A program made the translations under genes and the position numbers. The notes under the pieces are model-generated. The model did no database searches and had not been told where the DNA came from. It worked only from the letters and a program-made list of their open reading frames with translations. 64,000 nt of DNA. It comes from Chiloscyllium plagiosum. Its lineage: Eukaryota. This document shows, piece by piece, positions 35,066-47,715 of the stretch; the first letter of the stretch is position 1, and every line of letters begins with the position of its first letter. The stretch covers positions 9,176,457-9,240,456 of the forward strand of contig NC_057750.1 of assembly GCF_004010195.1 (NCBI RefSeq). The letters are read 5' to 3'.

Positions 35066-36039
35066 CCAGTGCCCTGAGCTGGTATTCATCCCATGATCGA
35101 TATCACCAAAGCAGATGGCCTGCCCATTATCCAATACTATCTGTGTATGATACATGGAAGCCAGTAGCCATCAATAATATTTGCTTGTCTCCCAGGTGCA
35201 GAAGTTATGGAATATGGTATCAGTATACAACCTAGTGCAGACATGATGGGCCGAATAGCCTTCTGTGCGCTGTGAAATCCTTCCTCTCGCTGTCTTTTTG
35301 ATGGGATCGGAGGCCTTGGCCCTCCCTGCTCATTCACAACGGGGTAAGCGATCCCCCAGAAGTACCTGGAGAACTCCCTCCCACAATGTTCATCCCAAAC
35401 CATCTGCACACAATGCGCTCAGCACCTTCCTCTACGTGAGTCCTTACTCAGCATCGACATTTCTTTATCCAAGCACGGGCAGTAAATGTCCTGCAACATT
35501 TACCATCCCTAACTGCCCCTTGAGGAGGTGGTGGGTCGAGCTGCCTGTCTGAGCCCCTCATTGCAGTCTGTGTGGTGTAGGGACACCCATAGGGCTGCTC
35601 CAGGACTTTGACCCAGCGACACTGAATGAACAACGCTGTCAGGTTCGGAGGGTTGGTGTCCCCATGTATCTGCTGCGCTTGCCCTTCTAGGGGGCAGAGA
35701 TAGCAAGTTTGGAAAGTGAGAACATTAGCAGGGAGGGGAGTGAACAAGATTCAAAACAGTGCACCTTCCCAGCTGGATTCTAAACACGCAGACCTTGGAG
35801 CTGTTATAACTTTTAAACCAATCCTTCCATTTGCTCCATATGCTGACACGTCCAGGATACGTTAGCATCCTCTCTCTGAAATATAACCGTGTGTTAGTGT
35901 CTCTGAGAGAGCGAGCACATCATCGCGATGCAATGATATTGGCACTGGGCATTAAGTTACCTTCCCCCTTACATAAAGCAGTGTCGGTCATAGAACATTC
36001 CGGCACAGTGCAGGCCCTTCAGCCCTCGATGTTGGCCAA

Positions 36040-36290
36040 AGGTGCGGAAGCTTGAACACACGGACCAGCCGCTTTCGAAACAGTTTCTACCCTACTGTTG
36101 TTGGAATACTGAATGGACTCACAAGCTCTTAACATTCGCCTGTACCTGTGGTTTTGTTTTGTTTTTTTGCTGCTGTTTACCTATTATTTACTAATCTATG
36201 TTACTTAGCTCCGTGATCTGCCGCTGTTGCTCGCAAGACAAAGCTTCTCACTGTGCCTCGGTGCACATGACAATAAATTCAATTCAATTC
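36040..36290 (+). mobile_element. Rex1/Babar-like LINE 3' end
   Basis: Translates RCGSLNTRTSRFRNSFYPTVVGILNG (Rex1-type RTxRxRNSFFP motif); ends TGACAATAAATTCAATTCAATTC. Confidence 0.75.
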
Positions 36291-36510
36291 ATGTTGCGCC
36301 GACCTGTGAAACCATTCTGAAGCCCATGGCCATATAAATGCCCTTAAAGTTGGTGAATCCACTACCATTGCAGGTAGGGCATTTCCATGCCCCTACTACT
36401 CTCTGAGTAAAGCAACTACCACTGACATCTGTCCTATATCTATCACCTCTGAATTTAAAGCTATGTCCCCTGGTGCTAGCCACCACCATCTGAGGAAAAA
36501 GGCTCTATTC
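36290..36510 (-). mobile_element. CR1-like LINE 3' fragment
   Basis: STRGHSFKFRGDRYRTDVSGSCFTQRVVGAW. Confidence 0.8.
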
Positions 36511-37182
36511 ATCTGATGTTGATGAGTAAGATGAGGCAGTGAGAACAGCACTTTAATCATTTATCTTGCTGCATTTATGTACAGGGTGTTGTTATCACTG
36601 CCTGGGCCAGTGTCTATTGCCCGTCCCTAATTACCCCTTGAGAAGGTGGAACTAGCAGCAGCAGCTGATTCAGCATGGCCTCAATAAGAGAATGAGGGGG
36701 GTGCTATTCCACCATGGCAGGCAGCACATTTCTCACAACAGCCGCAGGTATGCGCTTCCCACCAGATGGCACTCTTGAGTCGATCTCATCGCTGCGATTC
36801 AATTACCTTTCTTAAACAAAAATCAGATTCCATCGTGTCAGGATTTGCTCTTGTTTTCAAAATATACAGTTAACCTATTTTTCCCTAATTGATTTCCTGA
36901 TTTCTCTTCAAGGAGCTTTTCCAGCAATTTACGTGTCCCAGAATCCACATTTCTTTTGGTTTTTACGTTTCCACACCCCTCTGGAGCAGGTGGGGCTTGA
37001 ACTTGGGCCTCCCAGTCCAGGCATGGGGACACTACAACCACACTGACTCTGGGTGGCTAGCCAATTGCCAATACACTGTGGCCTTCCCTCAAACATTTCT
37101 AAGACAGCGTTGGGTAGATTTTGGTTTAGCAAGGGGGGGCAAAAGGTTACCGGGGTAGGTGAGTTTAGGGTAGGATTAGATC

Positions 37183-37460
37183 AGTCATAGAGATGTACAG
37201 CACGGAAACAGACCCTTCGGTCCAACTCGTCCATGCTGACCAAATATCCTAACCTCATCTAGTCATGTTTGCCAGCATTTGGCCCATATCCCTCCAAACC
37301 CTTCCTGTTCATATACCCATCCAGATGCCTTTTAAATGTTGCAATTGTACCAGCCTCCACCACTTCCTCTGGCAGCTCATTCCATACACGTACCACCCTC
37401 TGTGTGAAAAAGTTGCCCCTCAGGTCCCTTTTAAATCTTTCCACTCTCACCCTAAACCTA
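37183..37460 (-). mobile_element. CR1/HER1-like LINE 3' end
   Basis: FKRDLRGNFFTQRVVRVWNELPEEVVEAGTIATFKRHLDGYMN. Confidence 0.92.
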
Positions 37461-37907
37461 CTAAATTGAGGAACAGAGGTACTGAATAGCCAACTGCATC
37501 TTCTAATTTGTAAGGTCAATCTTTGGAAGGGGTAGACCCAGATGGTGTGGCTGTTTGCCAGACTATATATCTCTGGATTCAGCTCAAAGAAAATACCTGG
37601 TCTCTCTGACTTAAAACTGTGTTTAAAACTGAAAGGAAATTCAGATGGTTGATAGGCTGCAGGGTTTAGTGTGACTGGCTTTAAATATTCACATGGTTGG
37701 ATTGCAGGATAGTAATGTGACTTATGAAATATAAATCTTGTGTCTTATACTTTCCAGAAAAAAATTCATTAGTGTGAGCCTACCCTCAATTAAAGCACCT
37801 TTCTATTTTAATGGAAGTAATTGGGTTTCATCTTCAAACTTGGCTCAAAATTATATTTAAAAATCTTGTCAAGGTACAATGTACACGTCCTTGAATTTAA
37901 TGTCTGT

Positions 37908-38236
37908 GGGGTGGCGTGGTTAGCACTGGTCAGCACCAGGGACCTGGGTTCGATTCCAGCCTCGGGGCGACTGTCTCTGTGGAGTTTGCACACTCTCCCC
38001 GTGTCTGCGTGGGTTTCCTCTGGGTGCTCCGGTTTCCTCCCACAGTCCAAAGGTGTGCAGGTTAGGGTAGATTGGCCTTGGAAGATTGCCCCATAGTGTC
38101 CAGGGATGTTCAGGCTAGGTGGGTTAACCATGGGAAATGCAGGGTTACAAGGAATGGGGTAGGAGGATGCTCTTTGGAGGGATCGGTGTGGATTCAATGG
38201 GCTGAATGGCCTGCTTCCACACTGCAGAGATTCTAT
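37908..38236 (+). mobile_element. HE1-like SINE
   Basis: Degenerate head, B-box ggttcgattcc, core and tail present. Confidence 0.9.
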
Positions 38237-38563
38237 AAATAGTGTTTCTGAAGAAGGATCACTGGACTCGAAGTGTTAACTGTTTCTCTCCCCACAGAGG
38301 AGGCTGAGTTTCTCCAGCAATTTCAGCTTTTTCTGTTTCAGATCTCCAGCGCCCACAGTAATTTTAAAAATGTATTCACGGGATGAGGGCATCGCTGGCT
38401 GGGCCACCATTTATTGGCCATCACTAGTTGATGAGTCAACCCCATCGCTGTTGGTCTGGAGTCACATGTAGGCAGAACCAGGTAAGAATGGCAGATTCCT
38501 TCCCTAAAGAGCTTTGGTGAACCAGATGGGTTTTTCCTGACAATGGACTCATGGTGATAATGT

Positions 38564-38781
38564 GGAGGAGCCAGTGTTGGACTGGGGTGGTCAAAGTTAA
38601 AGGGCACACAACACCAGGTTTATTTGGAAGTACAAGCTGTCATAGTGCAGCTCCTTCATCAGGTAGCTAATGTCCTGTAATCCTGCCCCACTAACTACCT
38701 GATGAAGGAGCAGCGCTCTGAAAGCTAGTGCTTCCAAATAAACCTTTTGGACTATAACCTGGTGTTGTGTGATTTTTAACT
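38564..38781. mobile_element. Inverted-repeat Penelope-type pLTR element
   Basis: Left arm (gttaaa..cacacaacaccagg..tttatttggaag..ctccttcatcaggtag) is the reverse complement of the right arm (ctacctgatgaaggag..cttccaaataaa..cctggtgttgtgtg..ttaac). Confidence 0.75.
38695..38730 (+). ncRNA. Minimal type I hammerhead ribozyme candidate
   Basis: UAC-CUGAUGA-A-GGAGC-agc-GCUCU-GAAA-GC-UA-GUG: both conserved boxes intact, 5-bp stem II, palindromic AGCU stem III, NUH site CUA, short stem I UAC/GUG. Confidence 0.7.
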
Positions 38782-39034
38782 CCATGGTCACCGTTAGACT
38801 ATTATTTCTAGTTGTTTTTAAATTGAATTCAAACTCATCCATCGGCTGTGTGGGATTCGAACCCAGGTCCTGGAACGTTACGTGGGTCTCTGGATTAACA
38901 GTCCAGTGATAGTATCACTACGGTCACCACCTCCCCCTGTTTATGGTAAGTGTTCACCGTCCGACGGTCTTGTTTCAGGTCTTGCTGGTGCCCTGTGTAC
39001 ATAGGATCCCCACCTGAGTGTGTGAACTATCACG

Positions 39035-39285
39035 GCCCTGAATCGGGAAGCTGTGGGTTCAGATTCCCAGGCTGGCGCTCACAAACCAGCCGGGCACTTC
39101 CCTCGCAGCGCTGCGGGAGTGCTGCACTGTCAGAGATGTGGGATGTTGTGACGTGCAGCAAGACTGAGACCCTCGCCTGCCCTTCCAGTTGCGATGACCC
39201 CCAGGGATCCTGGTTTGAAGAAGGATTCCATAGCATCAATATCCACCCACAATTGCCAGGAGATAATCATCTGGTCATTATTGTT
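39035..39285 (+). mobile_element. SacSINE1/DeuSINE-like 5'/central fragment
   Basis: ctgaatcgggaagctgtgggttcag...gggagtgctgcactgtcagag...tttgaagaag...atctggtcattat. Confidence 0.55.
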
Positions 39286-39475
39286 CAGTTTATTGTCAAT
39301 TTATAAATTCCCGAGTTGGGCCAGTGTCTTTTGAACTAAGGACACAATTTATTCCACATCTGTCCATTTCATGGCTCATCCTGGCTGGATCCAAAGGCCC
39401 CACCCTCTTCACAGAACACCAATCAGGACCAACTATTTCCCCTGGTGCATTGGAGGCTGAGGGGTGGCCTTACAG

Positions 39476-39815
39476 AGAATCATAGAATCCCTATAGTGTG
39501 GAAACAGGCCCTTCGGCCCAACAAGTCCACACTGACCCACCGAAGAGTAACCCACCCAGACTCATTTGCCTACCCTATTATCCTATATTTACCCCTGACT
39601 CATGCACCTAACCCACACATCCCTGAACCTTATGGGGCAACTTAGCATGGCCAATCCACCCTAACCTGCACATCTTTAGACTGTGGGAGGAAACCGGAGC
39701 ACCCGGAGGAAACCCACGCAGGCACGGGGAGAATGTGCAAACTCCACACAGACAGTCACCCCGAGGCTGGAATCGAACCTGGGTCCCTGGAGTTGTGAGG
39801 CAGCAGTGCTAACCA
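39476..39815 (-). mobile_element. HE1-like SINE
   Basis: Tail catagaatccctatagtgtggaaacaggccc, core and head present. Confidence 0.92.
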
Positions 39816-40600
39816 TGAATAGGAAAGGTTTGGAGGGTTATGGGCTAGCAGCAGGCAGGTGGGACTAGTTTGGTTTGGGATTATTTTGGTGTGGACTAGT
39901 TGGATGGAAGGACCTGTTTCCGTGCTCTATGATGCTTTAACACAGAAAAGTGAAGTGGTGGAGGCTGGTACAAATGCAACATTTAAAAGGCATCTGGATG
40001 GGTACACGAATAGGAAGGGTTTAGAGGGACATGGGCCAAATGCTGGTAAATGGGACTAGATTAATCTAGGATATCTGGTCAGCATGGACAGGTTGTACCG
40101 AATGGTCTGTACATCTCTCTGACTCTATGACATGTGTTGTTGAAGCTTTGCACATATCAGGATCAATGCAAGAATGCCAAATTTCAAGTGACCGCAACAA
40201 TTTGCAAGAATGCAAGAATGGTTCGCCTTATGAGGATAGATTGAAGAGGTTGGGACTGTTCTGCTTTGAGGGAAGGCTGAGAAGCGATCTGCTTTAAGTT
40301 TTCAAAACCATCAGTGGACTGGACTGAGAAGGTGAAGATGTTCCTGCTCATGCAAGATACAAAATTGAGAAGGGCAAATCAGGCGAGGATGATGTGAGAA
40401 AAAACATTTGCACCAGAGAGGGCTTCGAATGCCCTGTTGGAAATGTGCTGGAGGCACGTTCAACTGAGGTATTCAAGAGAGCACTGGATGTTTTTTTTGG
40501 TTAGTGATGGTGTGCAGGAATAGGTAGGAGACTGACACCGATAACAGAGCCGGTGCAGTCAGGATGGGCTGAACGGCCTGTTTCTGCACCATAATAAATC
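39815..40600 (+). mobile_element. Several CR1-like LINE 3' fragments
   Basis: EVVEAGTNATFKRHLDGYTNRKGLEG and repeated ...ctgtttccgtgct...atgactctatga tails. Confidence 0.8.
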
Positions 40601-40847
40601 TGTGGTCTATGAGTATTTGAAGGATGAGGGGAGAAATGATGGGGTAGTAGGGAAAGGGCAAGGGGTGTGGGATTAGTGAGGTCATTCCATCCATTGAAGG
40701 GATATGAGGGGGTGAGAGAATTCCTTCTTGTTCACAATGGTACATTGAAATTACTGCTTAGAAAGGGTCATTCTTATTGAGTGGGCCCACAGCATTATTT
40801 ATACTCCATTCCCAACCTTAGACCTGTCTTCATCCAAATCTGAGGAG

Positions 40848-41378
40848 GGTCAGGGACAAATCTGACGAGCTGCAGGGTCAAATCCGACCAGGAGACAGGG
40901 TCAAATCTGACAAGGTCAGGGTCAAATCTGACCAGGTTCAGGGTCAAATCTGACCAGGTTCAGGGTCAAATCTGACAAGATCAGGGTCAAATCTGACAAG
41001 GTTCAGGGTCAAATCTGACAAGGTCAGGGTCAAATCTGACCAGGTTCAGGGTCAAATCTGACCAGGTTCAGGGTCAAATCTGACAAGATCAGGGTCAAAT
41101 CTGACAAAGTTCAGGGTCAAATCTGACACGGAGACAGGGTCAAATCTGACACGGAGACAGGGTCAAATCTGACAAGGTCAGGGTCAAATCTGACCAGGTT
41201 CAGGGTCAAATCTGACAAGATCAGGGTCAAATCTGACCAGGTTCAGGGTCAAATCTGACCAGGTTCAGGGTCAAATCTGACCAGGTTCAGGGCCAAATCT
41301 GACAAGGTCAGGGTCAAATCTGACAAGGTTCAGGGTCAAATCTGACAAGGTCAGGGTCAAAGCTGGCATGGTTCAGGG
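40848..41378. repeat. 21/22-bp minisatellite CAGGGTCAAATCTGAC(C/A)AGGT(T), ~24 copies
   Basis: Direct reading. Confidence 0.96.
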
Positions 41379-41414
41379 ACAGGCAGACTGAGGGGAAACA
41401 CACATCACAATAAC

Positions 41415-42530
41415 TGAATGGGGAGCACTAGATGTTGTCTACAAGGACTTTAATAAAGCCATTGTCAAGGTTCTGCATGGTAGACTGATTAGAAAAGTTC
41501 GATCACATGGGATTCAGGAAGAACTTGCCAATTAGAAATGAAATTAGCTTGACAGTAGGAGACAGAGGGTGGGCGGTGGAGGGTTGCTTTTCTGACTGGA
41601 GGCCTGTGACCAGTGGTGCTCCGCAGGGATCGGTACCGGGTCCACTTTTGTTTGTCATTTATATAAATGATTTGGGTGAAAATCTAGAAGGCACGGTTAC
41701 TAACTTTGCAGAGGACACCAAAATCGGTGGCATAGTCAACAGTGAAGAAGGTTATCTAAGATTACAAAGGGATCTTAATCAACTGGGCCAGTGGGCTGAG
41801 GAATGACAAATGGAGTTTAATTTGGATAAATGCGTTTTGGTCAAACAAATAAGGGCAGGGCTTATACAATTAATGATAGGGCTATGGTTATTAGGGGTGC
41901 AGCTACATAATTCTTTAAAGTTTGTGTCAGGTGTAGAGGGTGGTTAAAAAGGTGTTTGGCACACTACTCTTCATTGCTCAGTCCTTTAATTTTCGGAGTT
42001 GGAAACTCATGTTGAGGTTCCTGACCACAGGACATTGGTGAGGCCACTTATGGAGCACTGAGTCCAGTTCTGGTCACCCAGATATAGGAAAGATGTTATT
42101 AAGCTAGAGAGGGTTCAGAAGAGATTTACCAGGAGGTTGCTGGGTATGGAGCGGTTAAACTTACAAATAAACGCTGGGACGTTTTTCCCTGGAGCATAGG
42201 ACGCTGAGAGGCGACCTGCTAGAAGTTTATAAAATTAATGAGGGGTATAAACAGAATTAATGGTAGATGTCTTTTCCCTAGGATGGGAGATTTCAAGACT
42301 GGGGAGGGGGTGTACATTTTTAAGATGAGAGAGATTTATAAAAACAAGAGGGGCAAATATTTTTACACAGAGGGTGGTGCGCATGTGGAATGAACTTGCT
42401 GAGGAAGTGGTGGATGCGGGTACAATTATAACATTTAAAAGAGATTTGGATAAGTACAGGGGGGACAGGTTTAGTTTGGGACAATGGAATGGTTGGACCG
42501 AAGTGTCTGTTTCTGTGCTGTACGACAGGG
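41415..42530 (+). mobile_element. CR1/HER1-like LINE with degenerate RT core to 3' end
   Basis: SDWRPVTSGAPQGSVPGPLLFVIYINDL...NFAEDTKIGG (RT motifs), then WNELAEEVVDAG. Confidence 0.93.
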
Positions 42531-42971
42531 ATGGATCACTGGACATCAGCTGCTTATATTTGAGGAAACGCAGCAGTAAGATTTTCTCCTGAACTCTTGC
42601 TTGACCGTTCCAGGTGAAGGAAGAGTCAGCCAGGAGGAGGCTGCAGCCTGAATAAAATCCGAGCTAGGCCCGGCTGGCAGCCCACAGCTCAGTCTCGGTC
42701 TGTCGCCACGGCAACCCTTGGCTCCCAAGGCCCCTACGCGTTCTCACCGATGAACGATGACATTCTTGGGAGGGGAAGGCCGCCTTGACCCACCTTTCCA
42801 TCAGCTCCTGCCCATGATTTGGACTCGGTGAAGGGGAAAATGTTGAAGAGAGAAAGAAAGCAGACCCTTCAACAGTGAATCAGAGGGAAGAAAAGAAGTT
42901 TAAAAACAAAGTAATGAAACTTGAACATAAACACATCAGTCGCACTGGCCCTCCATTTTTGATTGTCAAGT

Positions 42972-43260
42972 TTTGATTTGATTTATTTATTGTCACGTGC
43001 ACTTTGTTACAAAAATACAGTGAAAAAGTGTTGTATAGTATCAAAGTTCTCTGGTACCACCTTAACACACAGAAGAATAAACCAAAACATGGGATATAAA
43101 GGCAGAAAAATGAAGAAATAAAGAAAAAATGTTCAACTTGACAGACTTTCTTGTTAAGTGCTCCTTCGTGGGCCATGGTTCTGCTGGCCAGGCACAAGCC
43201 TCCTTTGTCGCACCAAGAGTTGTCCATCTTTGGCGCCATCTTGCCTCCACGAATGCCGTC
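42972..43260 (-). mobile_element. 3' part of a retroposon with Rex1-type tail
   Basis: Minus strand ends TTTTCACTGTA...GTGACAATAAATAAATCAAATCAA. Confidence 0.55.
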
Positions 43261-43509
43261 ACCACCACAAGTCCTCGCTGGACCCCGCCAGACCAGAATG
43301 TGTCACAGGTCGGCTTTACTGGTCTTTTCCCTTCCGCCTTTCAGCAGAGAGACAGAGGAGAACCAGGGAGACTACGCAGGGTCACAGGAAGTCCAGGTAC
43401 CTGCCGAGGAGTTGGGGAAGTTCGGGTTCGATACCCTGGAACAGGACTGATTGGGGCCATTCAAAACCGTGAGGGCGGGTGTGCTTTTGACAGAGTAAAT
43501 ACTCAAAGG

Positions 43510-44305
43510 AACTGGGATGTTATTAAATTGGAGAGGGTGCAAGAAACCTTTACAAGGATATTACCAGGAACACTGTTTGAGGTCTAGGGAAATGCTGCAC
43601 AGGCTGGGACGCTTTTCCCTGGAGTGTTAGGAGGCTGAGGGATGACATTCTAGATGTTAATAAAAATCATGAGGGATATGGATAAGGTAAATAGTCGAGG
43701 TCTTTTCTCCAGGAGTACAAAACTAGAGGGCATAGGTTTAAGGTGAGAGGGGAAAGATTTAAAAGGGTCCTGAGGGGCAACTTTTTCATTCAGAGGGTGG
43801 TGTGTGTATGGAATGAGCTGCCAGAGGAAGTGGTGGAGGCTGGTACAATTATAGCATTTAAAAGGCATCTGGACGGGTACATGAATAGGAAGGGTTTAGA
43901 GGGATTTGGGATAAATGCTGGCAAATGGGACCTTGTCAGTTTAGGGTGGCACGATGGCTCAGTGGTTAGTACTGCTGCCTCCCAGCACCAGGGACCCAGG
44001 TTCAATTCCAGCATTGGACGACTGTCTGTGTGGAGTTTGCACATTCTCCCCGTGTCTGCGTGGGTTTCCTCCGGGTGCTCCGGTTTCCTCCCAGAGTCCA
44101 AAGATGTGCAGGCGAGGTAGGTTAACCGTGGGGAATATGGGATTACAGGATACAGTAGAGGGCGTGGGTCTGGGGGGGATGCTCTTCAGAGGGTCAGTGC
44201 AAATTTGATGGATCGAATGGCCTCCTTATGCATTGTAGGGGTTCTATGATGATGAAAACTGGACAAGTGGGGCCAAAGGGTCTGATTCCGTGCTGTATGA
44301 CTCTA
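43510..44305 (+). mobile_element. CR1/HER1-like LINE 3' fragment with nested plus-strand HE1-like SINE (43944-44250)
   Basis: RGERFKRVLRGNFFIQRVVCVWNELPEE; SINE head gggtggcacgatggctcagtggttag; LINE tail resumes at ~44260. Confidence 0.9.
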
Positions 44306-44857
44306 TTTAAGTTAATTGCCAAGTGAATCAGAGAGCAGCAGGTGAGGAAACCTGGTATCACTCAGCAACTTACTGGGATCAGGAATGTCTGATAATGCCC
44401 TCATTGGGGTTACACCCGCTCCCTCTAACACCCGATAGTGGGAATACCAATGAAAACCATGGGAATATTGAACATAATTTGAGCAGAGAAAGGAGACTTT
44501 GGGTGAAGTGTGGAACAATACCAAGGTTTTGTAGAAAGTTATGTCCTCAAAATAATTAGATTGTGAGGCATGTGCTTGAGGGAAGCAAATTGTCCCTGAG
44601 CTGAGAGGAGGCTGCCTCACCTGTAAACATGACATTGAATTACAGAGTTCTTCCTCACTATTACCAAACACATTTCCACAAAACTCCCCGCCCCTCTATT
44701 TCAGGGCACTCCTGCTGTTCTCTGCAACTTCTTGATGTCACTGTGTTGCGTTTGGATGATGACAAGCCAAAGGCTGCAGCTATAGGAGATTCAGACAGGC
44801 CTGTTGGAACACAGTAGAGTTCCACTGCACTTATCAACAGAGAAAGGGATGAAGATG

Positions 44858-45082
44858 CACACATATACGCACACACACATTCGCTCACTCACACACACAC
44901 ACACACACACACACATGCGTACACACACACAAACACACCTATACACAAACTCACACACACACACCTATACACAAACTCTCACACACACACACCTATACAC
45001 AAACTATCACACACTCTCTACACTCTCACACTCACACACCCCTACACTCTCACACTCACACACCTACACAGACACACACACC
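44858..45082. repeat. Degenerate (CA)n microsatellite
   Basis: Direct reading. Confidence 0.95.
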
Positions 45083-45085
45083 CAT

Positions 45086-46058
45086 ATAGAGTCATATAGA
45101 TGTAAAGCACGGAAACAGACCCTTTGGTCTAACCCGTCCATGCCGGCCAGATATCCCAACCCAATCTAGTCCCACCTGTCAGCACCCGGCCCATATCCCT
45201 CCAAACCCTTCCTATTCATATACCCATCTAAATGCCTTTTAAATGCTGCAATTGTATCAGTCTCCATCACTTCCTCTGGTAGTTCATTCCATACACATAC
45301 CACCCTCTGCGTGAAAAAGTTGCCCCTTAGGTCTCTTTTATATCTTTCTCCTTTCATCCTAAATCTATGCCCGCTAGTTCTGGACTCCCCCACCCCAGGG
45401 AAAAGACTTTGTCTATTTATCCTATCCATGCCCCTTATGATTTTATAAATCTCTATAAGGTCACCCCTCAGTCTACGGCGCTCCAGGGAAAACAGCCTTA
45501 GCCTGGTCAACCTCTCCCTGTAGCTCAGATCCCTATAACTCAAACCTTCTATTCCCAGCAACACGCTGGTAAATCTCTTCTGAGCCCTCTCCAGCTTGTT
45601 AAGGTCCTTCCTGTAACAGGGTGACCAGAACTGGACACAGTTCTCCAGTAGAGGCCTCACCAATGTCCTGTACAACTTCAACATGACGTCCCAACTCCTG
45701 TACACAAATGTCTGAGCAATGAAGGCAAGTATGATGAACACCTTCTTAACCACCCTGTCTATGTGTGACACTAACTTCAACAAATTATGTCCATGAACTG
45801 GTAGGTCTCTGTTCTACATCACTACCCAAGGCCCTACTTTTACTGCATAAGTCCTGCCACTGTTTGTTTGACCAAACTGCAATACCTCGCATTTATTCAA
45901 ATTAAACTCCATTTACCCATTGACCCAATTGATCAAGATCTCTCTGTAATCTTAGATAACCTTCTTCAGTGTCCCACAATACCACCAAGTTTGGTGGCAT
46001 CCGCAAATTTACAAACAATTCTTTCTATATTCTCATCCAAATTATTTATATAAATGAC
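45086..46058 (-). mobile_element. CR1/HER1-like LINE, ~1-kb 3' fragment
   Basis: ORF 45166-45783 LKLYRTLVRPLLENCVQFWSPCY...FSLERRRLRGDLIEIYK; an upstream FADATKLGG RT motif occurs on the minus strand near 46000. Confidence 0.95.
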
Positions 46059-46074
46059 AAAAACGTGAAAAGAA

Positions 46075-46750
46075 ATGAACAGACACACGGACAGGCAAAC
46101 ACAGACATAAATGCATTGACACACACCCAGACAGGTTCAGGCACACACAGAGACACACACACACAGACACAGACACACACACGTTCAGGCACACACACAG
46201 ACACACACACGTTCAGGCACACACACAGAGACACACACGTTCAGGCACACAGAGAGACACAGACACGCACGCGCGCGCACACACACACAGACATATACAC
46301 ACACGCACGTACAGGCACAGACAAACATGGCAGATATACTAGTAGACTTAAGTACAGACACAGGCATGAATTTAAACACAGACAGACAGACACACAAACA
46401 TACAGACACAGGCAGAGATAAACATACGAACATATAAATATAGAGACAGACACACATGGACAAGCAGACACACACGTAGACAAAACCATGTACAGATGGC
46501 CAGGCCAAGATACATGTCTACAGAAACTTAGACACAATTGACAGATACATATAGGCAGAAGCTGACACAGATAGACCGACATAGATGCAGAGATACAAAA
46601 ATTCACACATTCATAGGCACAGCACAAGCACATCTATATGGGCACACACGCATACAAATAATTCCACAAATACAGACAGACACACACACAAATGCAGAGT
46701 TACACACAAGCTGATGTCCATAGACAAAGTCACACACAATTACATACATT
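46075..46750. repeat. Degenerate (CA)/(CAGA) low-complexity repeat
   Basis: Direct reading. Confidence 0.9.
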
Positions 46751-47214
46751 CTGTGTATGGGAGAGACTTAATTGGTTCATCCACTGTGTAGGCAGTTCAG
46801 ACCATCCCAGAGAGAGGTGAGGGGAGAGAGAGAGAGAGAGAGAGTTGTAGAACCAGACCTGACCTTGGGCTGTATATTTTAGATACAGAACACCTTGGCC
46901 ACACTCAGAGCAGTGGGATTACATGACCTTGTTTTGAAGCCAGTCCATTTCCACGACATTTCTTCGATTGACCTTCCCCGATATTTGATTTTCTTTCGTG
47001 CTCTGAGTTTGGCTAGATGCTACTTCATTAAATCAGGTTCGGGTGGTGCTCCCGGTGTGTCACTACAAGCATATGACCCGGTTTTACAGGACAGTGGTCA
47101 TGTTGCTATCTCTGGTTCAAATCCTACCTGCTCCAGAGACGTCATACACAACATGTTTGAACATCTTGATTAAAAACTGTACATGTAAATCTGAAAAATC
47201 ACTTTAATGTAAAT

Positions 47215-47715
47215 AATTAGAGTAATAGGGTTGTACAGCAGGGAAACAGACACTTCAATCCAATGTATCCATGCCAACCAGATATCCGAAATTAATCTAG
47301 ACCCATTTGTCAGCATTTGGTCTCCATTTCTCCAAACCCTTCCTATTCATATACCCATCCAGATTCCTTTTAAATGCTGTGATTGTACCAGCCTCCACCA
47401 CTTCCTCTAGCAGCTCATTCCATACATGCACCACTCCCCGTGTGAAAAAGTTACCCCTGCCAGTGCCTTTTAAATCTTTCCCCGCCACCTTAAACCTATG
47501 CCCTCCAGTTTTGGACTCCCCTACCCTGGGGTAAAGACTTTGCCTATTCACCCTATCCATGCCCCTCATGATTTTATCACTCTCTGTAAGGTCACCCCCT
47601 CAGTCTCGGACGTTCCAGGGAAAATAGCCCCAGCCTATTCAGCCTCTCCCTATAGCTCAATCCCTGGCAATGTCCTTTTCTGAACCCTTTCAAGTTTCAC
47701 AACATCCATCCTATA
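47215..47715 (-). mobile_element. CR1/HER1-like LINE 3' fragment
   Basis: MRGMDRVNRQSLYPRVGES...WNELLEEVVEAG. Confidence 0.9.

Noticed and set aside
43345..43396. Possible plus-strand 52-nt exon (good acceptor, collagen-like GEPG words)
   Set aside because: Weak donor (GTACCT), no Gly-X-Y periodicity, no partner exons, and it sits among TE fragments.
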